Positions 42,993-52,323 of a stretch of DNA of 64,000 bases are shown here, one piece after another. Below the pieces are notes generated by a model. The model searched no databases, was not told the origin of the DNA, and saw only the letters and a list, made by a program, of their open reading frames with translations. This DNA is from Anaerolineae bacterium (lineage in GTDB: Bacteria > Chloroflexota > Anaerolineae > B4-G1 > SLSP01), in contig JAXGPC010000002.1 in assembly GCA_040767155.1 (NCBI GenBank), forward strand, positions 806,863 to 870,862, in the 5' to 3' direction. The number at the start of each line of letters is the position of its first letter. Positions within the stretch are counted from its first letter, which is position 1. The translations under genes and the position numbers were made by a program.

Positions 42993-44450
42993 TCAGCCCA
43001 TCTGGACCACAACCGTGTGGTATGCACCCCCAACCGAAACGGGCAGAGTGTTCTTGGCGATCTCCTGACCATCGACCGTGATGGGCCGGATGCCCTTGCT
43101 CACGTGTGATGGATTATGGACCGTGATGTCGTAGGTGGCGCCGCGGAAGCGACGCCGGACGTGGAAACCATCCCAGGTGGAAGGGATACAAGGGTCGATC
43201 CGCAGGCCTTCGTAGGTGGGCTGGATTCCCAGGATGTACTGTGTGCCGGCCTGGTAGGCCCATGAGGCCGTACCCGTGAGCCAACTGCTGCGCTCCAGTC
43301 CGAACTGTGGGTGCTCGTCCGATAGGATATTCTGGCAGTAGACGTAGGGCTCGACCTCGAATTCCTCGATCCGATCGTTGCGGGTTGCCGGGTTGATCTG
43401 GGCGTAGTACTCGAACGCCCGATCGCCCCGTCCCAACATCGTCTCAGCGATCATAGCCCAGGGGTTCGTGTGCAGGAAGATGCCGCAGTTCTCCTTGGTG
43501 CCGGGCGGATAGGTCGTCATACCGCCCTTGTTGGGGTCGAACCCATCATAGCCAGGTGTCGCGGTTTTCAGGCCTCTGCTGGTATTGAGGTGCGCCCGTG
43601 CTGCATCGAGCGCCTGGACGGCGCGCTCCGCGGTGGCGAAGCCCGAGATCACGGCCCAGATCTGGGCGTTAAGGTAGATGCGTCCCTTGTCGTTGCTCGC
43701 AGAGCCCAGGGGTGTGCCATCGCAGTCGAAGTAACGGATATACCAGGTGCCCCCGCCTATGTCGCCGTCCCAGGCAACACGGTTGACCCGCTCGAGCTGT
43801 CGCGCATTCCAAGGCCGCGCGTGCCAAGGCCGGTCTGGTAGACCGAGAGATAACGCGACCAGTCGAGCGTGACGTAGCACTGGCGCGGATTATGCACGTT
43901 GAGCATGGCGTTCATCGCGGGATTAGGCGTCTCGACCTGCATTTGGTCCAGGTAGCTGTTCCAGACCTCGCCGAGGCGAGCGAGGACATCGTCAACGATA
44001 CGGACGTCGCGGTAAGCGTGGATATCGGGCAGGGCCTTCTCGACGCTCGGCGCCTGCCCAAGCTGGGTGATGAGCGTGCGCATCTCACCCGGTTGGAGCG
44101 TTCCGAGGTGGTGAAGCAGGGCTCCGATGTTCTGCCCACGGTGCGCCTCGTAGTTCGCCAGCTCTGCCTGCTGCAGGGCCTCGGGCGCCGCCCATCCGCC
44201 GTAACCGAGGAACCGGTCGCGGTCCGACTCGAAGCTGGCAACGGGCATGTTGGAGGCGAAGTAGTTCTGGCGGATGTCGCGAAACATGAAAGGATACTGG
44301 CAGAGGATGCGAAGGCCCCCAGCTTCATCGATGACGCGGCTGACCATCGTCTGCGGTACCCAGTCGTTGTTGTTGAACTGCTTGATGGCCTCGGGGTGCG
44401 AGTAATCGACAACGGGGATCGCATCGAGCAAGAGCGGCAGGCGTTGCCCT
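42993..44450 (-). pseudogene. GH94 glycoside phosphorylase (cellobiose/chitobiose phosphorylase-like) remnant
   Basis: Upstream piece ends ...WSRYLSVYQTGLGTRGLGMRDSS. It is joined out of frame near 43795 to a C-terminal piece with YLNAQIWAV, YPPGTKENCGIFLH, EPYVYCQ, SWLTGTASW and IDPCIP. The N-terminus and central region are missing. Confidence 0.85.
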
Positions 44451-44555
44451 GCGGCGCAGATGCTGCTACGTTTCACGGCAGCGGCGCCCTGGCCCCTTGC
44501 CCAAGATACTCCGTAGCCAGTCTTTTGGCTACTCAGCACACCAGTTATGGAAGAG

Positions 44556-45167
44556 CTACTCGGCTGCCTCAATCGCCGCGGCGACCGCGAGCGTCAGTCC
44601 CTTGACGATGTTGTCGAGCGACATACTGGGCTGGTTGGGCTTGGTGATCACTTGTTCCGGCAGGAACGGAACGTGGATGAAACCACCGTACATGGTCGGG
44701 TACTTCGTCTCGATCGTGTGGAGCAGGCCATACATCAAGTGGTTGCACACGAAGGTACCTGCACTATTCGAGACTGAGGCAGGCAACCCGCCCTGGCGGA
44801 TCGCGTCGACCATGGCTTTGATCGGTAAGGTGGCGAAGTAGGCGTTCTTTCCGTCCGGATAGATCATCGCATCGACTGGCTGGTTGCCTTCGTTATCGGC
44901 GATCCGCGCGTCGTCGACGTTGATAGCAACGCGCTCGGGCGTGATGTCGAAGCGCCCCCCGGCCTGACCAATGGCGATGGCGATGTCGGGTTTCTCGCGT
45001 TCCAGTGCCGCGTTGAGGACCTCCAGTGCCTTCCGAAAGACGGTGGGGACCTCGACTTTGACGATCGTGGCGCCCGCGATTTCATCAGGCAACAGCTTGA
45101 CGGCCTCGAATGCAGGGTTGATGCTCTCGCCACCGAAGGGGTCGAATGCGGCCATCAGCACTTTCAT
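44556..45167 (-). CDS. pcp: Pyroglutamyl-peptidase I
   Basis: [36 protein letters not shown] (catalytic Cys), GFIHVP. Confidence 0.96.
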   Translation of the reverse strand: MKVLMAAFDPFGGESINPAFEAVKLLPDEIAGATIVKVEVPTVFRKALEVLNAALEREKPDIAIAIGQAGGRFDITPERVAINVDDARIADNEGNQPVDAMIYPDGKNAYFATLPIKAMVDAIRQGGLPASVSNSAGTFVCNHLMYGLLHTIETKYPTMYGGFIHVPFLPEQVITKPNQPSMSLDNIVKGLTLAVAAAIEAAE

Positions 45168-45198
45168 CTCAAAGCTCCTTTCGAGTGAGTGGGAAAAC

Positions 45199-45240
45199 GG
45201 CCCTGTGCCACCACCGTGTCACCGGTGGTGACACAGGGCC
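45199..45240 (-). terminator. 18-bp stem hairpin between DUF979 and pcp
   Basis: Minus strand GGCCCTGTGTCACCACCG-GTGACA-CGGTGGTGGCACAGGGCC (one U-G pair) followed by GTTTT. Confidence 0.6.
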
Positions 45241-45275
45241 CCTTTATGTTACCAGAATCGCCCGTCGCGTGACCT

Positions 45276-46190
45276 CTAAAACGCCCAGAAGTACATCAGG
45301 ATGATGTGGACGATGAGCATCGCGATGGCGACGGGAACCTGGCTGATGATCACGCGGTTCTTGTTCTTGGTCTCGAGGATCGCCGCGGGCACGATGTTGA
45401 AGTTGGCGGCCATGGGTGTCATCAGCGTGCCGCAGTAACCCGCCGTCAACGCGAGCGCGCCGGCAACCCATGGATTGGCGCCCTGCGAGTAGACGAAGGG
45501 GATACCGATGCCGGCGGTGATGACGGCGAAGGCAGCGAACGCGTTGCCCATGATCATCGTGAATAGCGCCATTCCGACACAGTAGGCAATGACGCCCGCC
45601 AGGATGTTGCCCTGAGGTAGGACGCCGGAGATGCCATCAGCAATCACCTGGCCGACGCCGGCAGCGCTGAACAGGGCTCCCAGGGCTGCAAGGAGCTGTG
45701 GCAGGATGCTGACTGCGCCCACCTGTTGCAGCAACCGGCTGCCGTCATAGGGGATGTACTTGGCATGGACCTTGGTCATCACCATCGCAATGATCGTGGC
45801 GACGATTGCGCCAAAGCCCAGGCCGACGAGGCCACCCAGGTCGGTGAATTGGCCCACGAGGAAGGCGATAACCGCAATCGCCAGCGCCGGGATGAAGAGC
45901 TGGTTGCCGAGTTTGAGCGAGTGTTCCTCGCGGAACGCATCGGTCGAGTTCTTGAGCGAGCCGATGTTGACCTGTTTGGTCGCAGTTAAGACACCCATCA
46001 GGACCACGGCGACGCCAATGACAGCGGGCGGTACGTGGGGGCCGGCAATGAACGTGAAGGCCAGGAGCACCCAGAAGGCGGCGGAGCCGATCTTGGTCTT
46101 GAGTTCCGAATCGACATAGCAGAAGTAGGCGGTGGCCAAACAGATGAGGCCAGAGAGAATGTACATGATCTCCAGGAGTGTGTTAACCAT
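45276..46190 (-). CDS. DUF979 family membrane protein (putative 5-oxoproline transporter subunit)
   Basis: GNQLFIPAL, ILPQLLAALG, FTMIMGNAFAAF, AGYCGTLMTPMAANFNIVPAAILE; adjacent to pcp. Confidence 0.9.
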   Translation of the reverse strand: MVNTLLEIMYILSGLICLATAYFCYVDSELKTKIGSAAFWVLLAFTFIAGPHVPPAVIGVAVVLMGVLTATKQVNIGSLKNSTDAFREEHSLKLGNQLFIPALAIAVIAFLVGQFTDLGGLVGLGFGAIVATIIAMVMTKVHAKYIPYDGSRLLQQVGAVSILPQLLAALGALFSAAGVGQVIADGISGVLPQGNILAGVIAYCVGMALFTMIMGNAFAAFAVITAGIGIPFVYSQGANPWVAGALALTAGYCGTLMTPMAANFNIVPAAILETKNKNRVIISQVPVAIAMLIVHIILMYFWAF

Positions 46191-46205
46191 GGCGATAGCC
46201 TCCTC

Positions 46206-46892
46206 TTAGTTCTCGGCCTGAGGCTGCTTGGCAGCCAACCGCTTGGCAAGCTTGCGGTCGAAAAAGTAGTTCTGGATCACCGTAGCGATGAAGGCTACGA
46301 CGGCGATGGGAATCGATGCGAGCGAGACTTGCTCTGGCGTGACCACGACGTCGAGTTCCGCAAGCGTGCCAACGATCAGGAGGACGCCACCTGCGGCGAT
46401 GAAGACGTTCTGACCATAGAAGTTACCGTAGTTCTCCGCGGCGGCGGAGTGTCCCTTGATCAACTCCTTGGTCTCCTCGTCTACAGACTCGAACTTCACC
46501 TCTGCGGCGCCAAGAGCCATAGGGTAGACGAGCGGGCGGATGAACTGCACGTGGCCGCCAAGGCGCAGCGAGAAGGCAGCAGCGAGCTCGCGTACGACCA
46601 TGTAGATGGTCATCACGCGACCTGCCGTGGCTGCCTTGATGCTGCGGATAGCACGTCCGGCCAGCTCACGCAAGCCGTACCGCTCCAGGATGCCAATCAC
46701 AGGCAGCGTGATCAAGAAGAGGGTCATGTAACGGTTTGTGGTGAAGGCTGTCCCCAGCGTTGTGAGGATCTCTCCAACGCTCAGGCCACCGACCAGGCCC
46801 GTCACAATCCCGGCGACAAGGACAACCCCAATGGTGTCCAGGCGTAGCGCGAATCCGGCAATCACAATGAGTACACCGATCAGCTTGAGCAC
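46206..46892 (-). CDS. DUF969 family membrane protein (putative 5-oxoproline transporter subunit)
   Basis: LPVIGILERYGL, LGGHVQFIRPL, AAAENYGNFYGQNVFIA. Confidence 0.9.
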   Translation of the reverse strand: MLKLIGVLIVIAGFALRLDTIGVVLVAGIVTGLVGGLSVGEILTTLGTAFTTNRYMTLFLITLPVIGILERYGLRELAGRAIRSIKAATAGRVMTIYMVVRELAAAFSLRLGGHVQFIRPLVYPMALGAAEVKFESVDEETKELIKGHSAAAENYGNFYGQNVFIAAGGVLLIVGTLAELDVVVTPEQVSLASIPIAVVAFIATVIQNYFFDRKLAKRLAAKQPQAEN

Positions 46893-46957
46893 AGATCACC
46901 TCCAAGAAAAGTAGGGAAAGGGAACACGGTACCGCGACCTCCCCGGGTACCATGCCT

Positions 46958-46985
46958 ATTGTAGGCTTGTCCGAATAGTATGCAA
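46958..46985 (-). promoter_or_regulatory. Putative promoter of DUF969-DUF979-pcp
   Basis: TTGCAT-16 nt-TACAAT on the minus strand in an AT-rich patch. Confidence 0.55.
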
Positions 46986-47044
46986 TATGGAACAAGGTGA
47001 ACTTGCTGCCGGGGGCATGGGGAAAGCGAGATCCTGGGGGCGGG

Positions 47045-47079
47045 CGGTTACCTCAGTGACGCCGTCGCTGAGGTAACCG
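47045..47079. terminator. 16-bp stem hairpin downstream of xylB
   Basis: CGGTTACCTCAGTGAC-GCC-GTCGCTGAGGTAACCG. Confidence 0.55.
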
Positions 47080-47095
47080 TGCAGCCATCAGTGCG

Positions 47096-48595
47096 TTACT
47101 CGATGGCCTGGTCGAACGTGGGTTTGAGTGCGGGATAGAGGCCTCGATAGAGCGGGTAGAGCGTCTCGTAGACCGCGACCTGCCCGGACTGCGGCGTAAC
47201 GCGGTCCACGACCTTGACGGCAGCCGCGCATGCTTCCGGGATGCCTGCCCAGGTTCCGGCCCCGACGCCTGCCAGTACTGCGGCACCGTAGGCTGCACCC
47301 TCGGTGGTGTTGACCGTGACAAGCTCGCTGTCCATGACATCGGCAAGGATCTGGCGCCAGAGCGCGCTTTTTGCTCCGCCACCGGAAACGCGCACTTGGG
47401 TGATCTGGCCCAGGCCGGACTGCTTCATCAGCTCCATGCTGTCGCGCAGCCCGAAGGCGACGCCCTCCAGCACGGCGCGGGTCATGTGTGGCCTTGCGTG
47501 ACGGAGCGTGAGCCCCACGAAGCCTGCGCGTGCCAGTGGGTCGGGGTAAGGCGTACGTTCGCCGGTGAGGTAGGGCAGGAAGAGCAGGCCCTCTGCGCCT
47601 GCGGGGACCGTGGCGGCATCCGCGGTCAACGCGTCAAAGGAGAGGTCCGGGGCGAGCGTGTCGCGGAACCACTGCAGGCTGCCAGCAGCCGAGAGCATCA
47701 CGCCCATCAGGTGCCACGTGCCCGGCACGGAGTGGCAGAACGCGTGCAGACGTCCCTCGGGCTCGATAAAGGGTCCACCGGTCGAGGCAAAGACGACGCC
47801 CGAAGTGCCCAGCACCAGGCTGACGATGCCCGGTTCGACGGCGCCGACGCCCACCGCCCCCGCCGCCTGATCGCCGCCACCCCCGACGACAGGTGTGCCG
47901 GCCCTCAGGCCGGTCGCCTCCGCGGCGGCCTTGCTGATCACGCTCGTGACCGCGGGGCCTTCGAACGTCGGTGGCAGCCAGGACGCGGGGATCTCCAGGG
48001 CCTCGAGCACCTCTGGCGACCAGTCGCGCGCCTTCAGGTCGAAAAGCACCGTGCCTGACGCTCCGGCCTTGTCCGTGCCGTATTCGCCCGTGAGCCGGTA
48101 GCGGATGTAGTCCTTTGGCAACAGGATCTGTGCAGCCCTGGCATAGATCTCGGGCTCGTTCTCCCGGACCCAGAGGATCTTGGGTGCCGTGAAGCCGGTC
48201 AGTGCTTTGTTGCCCGTGATCTGGATGAAGCGCTCCAGCCCGACCCTGGCGTGGATCTCGTCGCACTGTGCGCCGGTCCGCTGATCGTTCCAGAGGATCG
48301 CGGGGCGCAGAACCTCGCCGCGGCTGTCGAGCAGCGTGAGTCCGTGCATCTGCCCGGTCATACCAACGGCAGCCACGTCGTTGCCCGACGCACCTGCATC
48401 AGCCAGGGCCTGGCGGATGCTGGCGACGATTCCTTCCCACCAGTCGTGGGGATCCTGTTCAGACCAAAGGGGCTTGGGCGTGGACAGGGGCAGAGGGCTG
48501 GTCGCGCTGCTTACTACGCCACCTGTCTCGTCGATCAAGAGCGCCTTCGCGCCGGTGGTCGAGACATCGGTGCCAAGGAAGAGACGATGGGTCAT
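47096..48595 (-). CDS. xylB: Xylulokinase (FGGY family)
   Basis: WSEQDP, TGQMHG, RPAILWNDQR, GFTAPKILW, GGGDQAAG, LGTSG, PYLTGERTP, SGGGAKS. Confidence 0.93.
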   Translation of the reverse strand: MTHRLFLGTDVSTTGAKALLIDETGGVVSSATSPLPLSTPKPLWSEQDPHDWWEGIVASIRQALADAGASGNDVAAVGMTGQMHGLTLLDSRGEVLRPAILWNDQRTGAQCDEIHARVGLERFIQITGNKALTGFTAPKILWVRENEPEIYARAAQILLPKDYIRYRLTGEYGTDKAGASGTVLFDLKARDWSPEVLEALEIPASWLPPTFEGPAVTSVISKAAAEATGLRAGTPVVGGGGDQAAGAVGVGAVEPGIVSLVLGTSGVVFASTGGPFIEPEGRLHAFCHSVPGTWHLMGVMLSAAGSLQWFRDTLAPDLSFDALTADAATVPAGAEGLLFLPYLTGERTPYPDPLARAGFVGLTLRHARPHMTRAVLEGVAFGLRDSMELMKQSGLGQITQVRVSGGGAKSALWRQILADVMDSELVTVNTTEGAAYGAAVLAGVGAGTWAGIPEACAAAVKVVDRVTPQSGQVAVYETLYPLYRGLYPALKPTFDQAIE

Positions 48596-48706
48596 AGGTG
48601 CCTCCTGAATGTGTAACTCGTGACCAGAGGCGAGCGGAGACGCTGGACTGGCGATTTCCTGGCGGAGTGCCTGTGCTTCCTCGCCGATCCATAGCCTCCG
48701 CCGCCC

Positions 48707-50049
48707 CTAGTGGGTCATTTGACAAGAATGTGTCCATTTCTCGATGATGGTTGGGCGCCGACGGATAGGGCGGTGAGTGCAAGCACCGGAGCCGCCCAGC
48801 GCGTGACGGCGCTGGCGGCTGCGCGCGCGTCGTACAGCCCGTTTCCCGCCCCACTCAAAAGGTGTCGGATGGCGGGCCCAGTGGTCCGCGGTGGCTTCCA
48901 GCCACGCGATGATCTCCTCCGGGGAGTGTGGATCCTGCCCCGCCAGCGCGCGGTGCACGATGATCCGCTGAATCGACTCACTCATGTTCAACCACGACCC
49001 GCTCAGCGGCGTATACAGCGGCATGATGCCATGGGCTACCAGCCACAGCACGAAGTCGGGGGACTTGTGTCCCGTCAGATTGTCCAGGATCAGCAGCACC
49101 CGCAAACGCGGCAGGATCTCCGGCAGCGTGAAATGGACCGTCAGGCCCTCCTGCCAGCGTTCCCACAACTGCCGTTCGTTGCTGGGCTCTGGGATACCCT
49201 CGGGCGCGGGCAGCTCGGCCAGCACGGCACTCAGCTCTTGCTGCAGCCACGGATGCAAGACCCGGTTGGGACACTGCGTCACCCCTTTGGCGCGCAGGTG
49301 TCCGTCTTGAGGATGAAACAGTGTTAGCAACTTGGCCGTCCCTGCACGCACGTACTCCGCTGGCTGCCGTGCAGCTTCCCCTGCGGGCTGCCAAGCCGTC
49401 CCCGGATAGGGGCGGGTCGGATACGGTCCAGCTTGGTCATGACACCATACCTCCAGACCTTGGCTGGCACTTTCGCGATAGGCGCGCTCGATCAAGTTTT
49501 TTTCGCCTCCGCATCGGGATCGCTCACGGTGACCACCCCGCTCTTGCGGCGCCGCTTCACCTGCCCCGTCGCGCACCACGTGCGGCTCTGCTGCCAGGTC
49601 AGCCCCGCTTCATGCAGCACCACCCAGATTGTGTAGGTGCTCACGCCCGGCAGGCCATCCGGCGCCGTGCGCAGCGCGCGCTGCAAACTGCTCAACGACC
49701 ACGTCGCCGTGCCATCCCGTTCGCGGTCGGGAACGCGCCGCGCTTCCTGCAGAATGCGCTCGCGTTGCGCCGCAGTGTAGACCGGGGCGCGCCCCCGGCC
49801 GTGGCGCGGCGCAATCGCCGCCAGCCCTTCCGCGTTGAAGCGGGCCACCAACTGTGCGACCGCATCGTTGGACTGACGCCCCGCGGCGTAGGCTGCACCT
49901 TGGTAGGTCGCGCCGTCCGCCACGGCAAGCAGTATCTTGGCTCGCGCCACGTGGCTGGCCGGCTCACTGCGCGCGCGCGCAATGCTTCCCAATACGCGGC
50001 GCTCCTCTTCCGTCAGTGTTCGCAGAGTATCCTTCCGGTGGCGGGTCAT
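48707..50049 (-). CDS. IS630 transposase, split ORFs joined by a predicted -1 frameshift (~447 aa fusion)
   Basis: OrfA 49492-50049 (RAKILL...GRAP...WSLSSL HTH). OrfB 48707-49579 with CHDQAG / LDNLTGH / WLNMSE. Slippery A7C at 49496-49503. Confidence 0.88.
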
Positions 50050-50141
50050 CGGTGCCTTCCTTCTTGTCTACGCTCGCCCAAGCTCTCGCCACTGTATCAC
50101 CTGCTGCCAAAATAGCTACAGACTTACCAATTGACCCACTA
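48708..50141 (-). mobile_element. IS630-family insertion sequence (1430 bp plus duplicated TA)
   Basis: 17-bp terminal inverted repeats, GTGGGTCATTTGACAAG (48710-26) and CTTACCAATTGACCCAC (50123-39), matching at 14/17. Each is flanked by TA within CTAG. Encodes an HTH ORF and a DDE ORF. Confidence 0.92.
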
Positions 50142-51233
50142 GTCGTTGTGCCTGAAGCTCGTTCGCAGCTCCTGGGTCTCGCCAGTGGAAGCGGCGCGGT
50201 AGCCGGCCTCAATGATGTCGATGACGTGGCGGGCGTGCTCCGCTGTGACGGGCGACGGTGTCCCATCGCGCACCCAATCGACAAGCTGCATCATATCCTC
50301 AAAGACGTGATACTCGCGCATCTGGGTATGGACCCCGCTGACGTGCGGTGGAAAGTCATCGGGTCGCTTGAGGTCTTCATCGCCCAGCTTCGTACCGACG
50401 ATCGCGCCAGCGGTACCATAAAGGTTGGGTTGGAATCCCTGCGTCACCGTGCCTGCAGCCGTTGCGTGGACAAAGGCAAAGAGTGCATCGCCAAAGTCGA
50501 GGAGGAGCACTGTATTGTCATCGATATCGCACGGGATAGGCTTGCCGTGGTAGTTGCGCTCGGCAACGACCAGGCCCGACATAGCAGTGACGCGCTGGGC
50601 CGGACCGAGGATTCCGGTTAGCGTATGCAGGCAGTAGACCGTCACGTCATACTGCGGGCCGCCCCCGGGCTTGCGATAGTACCAGGTCGGGTCAACGTTG
50701 GTCAGGATGTCCTGGCCGGTCCGGAACTCCTCGTTCATATGGTAGGTGCCCACGCCCGCCGTGCCGGTGATGGCCCACACGAGGCGCCCGATCCGCCCGT
50801 CGCGCACAGCCTGGCGGATGCGGCGGTTGTGAGGATAGAGCATCTGTCCCGGCGAGGCCACGACGCGGACGTCGCGCGCAGCGGCTGCTGCGATGATGGC
50901 ATCGGCTTCATCCACCGTCGTCGTCATCGTCTTGTTGAAGTGGACATGCTTACCCGCCTCGATGGCGCGCAGCCCCTGCTCATAGTGCAAGCCGATGGGC
51001 GAGCAGAGCGTCACGGCGTCTACGTTGGGGTCGGCGAGCAACTCCTCGTAGGTCAAGTACCACGACGGGACGCCATAAGTGCGCGCGGCGGCTTCCGCAC
51101 GGCCTGGCACCGGGTCACAGACGGCTGTCACGCGGACGCGGTCTACCACGTCCGGCTGCGTCAAGTGCATGAGAGCGCCGCGGATGCCAATCGCGCCGGT
51201 TCCGACCACGCCCATACCCACAATGGTCTCCAT
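50139..51233 (-). CDS. Gfo/Idh/MocA family oxidoreductase
   Basis: GVVGTGAIG, YEELLADPNVDAV, AGKHVHFNK, WYYRKPGGGPQYD, EHARHVIDII. Start ATG 51233. Confidence 0.9.
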   Translation of the reverse strand: METIVGMGVVGTGAIGIRGALMHLTQPDVVDRVRVTAVCDPVPGRAEAAARTYGVPSWYLTYEELLADPNVDAVTLCSPIGLHYEQGLRAIEAGKHVHFNKTMTTTVDEADAIIAAAAARDVRVVASPGQMLYPHNRRIRQAVRDGRIGRLVWAITGTAGVGTYHMNEEFRTGQDILTNVDPTWYYRKPGGGPQYDVTVYCLHTLTGILGPAQRVTAMSGLVVAERNYHGKPIPCDIDDNTVLLLDFGDALFAFVHATAAGTVTQGFQPNLYGTAGAIVGTKLGDEDLKRPDDFPPHVSGVHTQMREYHVFEDMMQLVDWVRDGTPSPVTAEHARHVIDIIEAGYRAASTGETQELRTSFRHND

Positions 51234-51321
51234 ACCTTTACCTCCTCGCACGCGTGCCTGAACTGGTGGTTGCGTAGCTTGCCAACCACCCATCCCGTGT
51301 GTTTTTGTTCCAGTTCCCTGT

Positions 51322-52215
51322 CTACAGATACTCGCGCCAGCTCGTCGCGTGGTGCCAGCCTACGACGTCCTTGAGACGCTGATTGCTGAGGAAGGAGGCG
51401 TGACCAGGTAGGTCCTGTACCAGATCGAGGTACTCGGGTCGATAGCGCCGGATGAGCTCCAGCGAGGGCTCGAGCGCCGTCGTGTCATCGGCGTTGCAGA
51501 AATACACACCGTGGGGCTCGATGGTATGAGCTTTCTCCATCAGCAGCCGGTGTGCTGAGGCGACGTCTTCGCTGCCGACCCAGGCCCACAGCCACGGGTT
51601 CCAGCCCGAGGCCGGTTCGGCATGGCGGGCCATATCGCGCCGGCGGGCTTCATTGCAGATCCCCGCCGCGCGTATCGCGTAGGTGCGCAGCCCATAGGCA
51701 CGGGTGTAGGAGTCGAGCAGCAGTTCGCCCGCCAGCTTGCTGTAGGAATACGCATCCTCGACGTCCGAGGGGTGGGCCTCATCGACCGGAAAGGCCCGGA
51801 AGGGGAAGGGGCGATCGCTGATACGATAGCCGTGGCCCAGCGCGCAGTTGCTGCCGGTCATCACGAAGGTGCCGACATCGTTGCGTAGTGCCGCCTGTAG
51901 CAGGTAATAGAGGCCCATGATGTTGGTGCGCATCGTCTGGTCGAAGGGGATCCCTCGCTCGACGAACTGCGCGCGAAGCGCCGGATGGTCCGACGGCGAT
52001 GGCTCTGCACCCAGGTGCTGGATCACGTCCACGCCCTGGGCTGCGGCCAGACAATCCTCAAAGGAGTTGAGATCGCCCTGCAGCCAGGGCCATTGCCGGA
52101 GAGCCTCTGCGGGTTCGTGCCTTGAGAACAGCCGCAGCTCGTGGCCCGCCCCGGCCAACTCGCGGACGACGTAGGGGCCCAGCCTGCCGCTGGCGCCCGT
52201 GACGAGAATGCGCAT
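51322..52215 (-). CDS. NAD-dependent epimerase/dehydratase (extended SDR)
   Basis: ILVTGASGRLG and YSYSK catalytic motif; RBS AAAGGAG. Confidence 0.9.
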   Translation of the reverse strand: MRILVTGASGRLGPYVVRELAGAGHELRLFSRHEPAEALRQWPWLQGDLNSFEDCLAAAQGVDVIQHLGAEPSPSDHPALRAQFVERGIPFDQTMRTNIMGLYYLLQAALRNDVGTFVMTGSNCALGHGYRISDRPFPFRAFPVDEAHPSDVEDAYSYSKLAGELLLDSYTRAYGLRTYAIRAAGICNEARRRDMARHAEPASGWNPWLWAWVGSEDVASAHRLLMEKAHTIEPHGVYFCNADDTTALEPSLELIRRYRPEYLDLVQDLPGHASFLSNQRLKDVVGWHHATSWREYL

Positions 52216-52323
52216 CTTCGATCTCCTTTCGAGGTAATGAGCAGTCAGCCAACAGCGATCAAGGATACGGCCAGGGACCGGGGCTTCGGCGACGCTCGCC
52301 GGTCAACTCGCTCCCCGCTGTCC

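Noticed and set aside
43791-43796. CTCGAG restriction-like site at the GH94 deletion junction
   Set aside because: This hexamer occurs many times in the window, so coincidence is likely; the other deletion junction lacks it.
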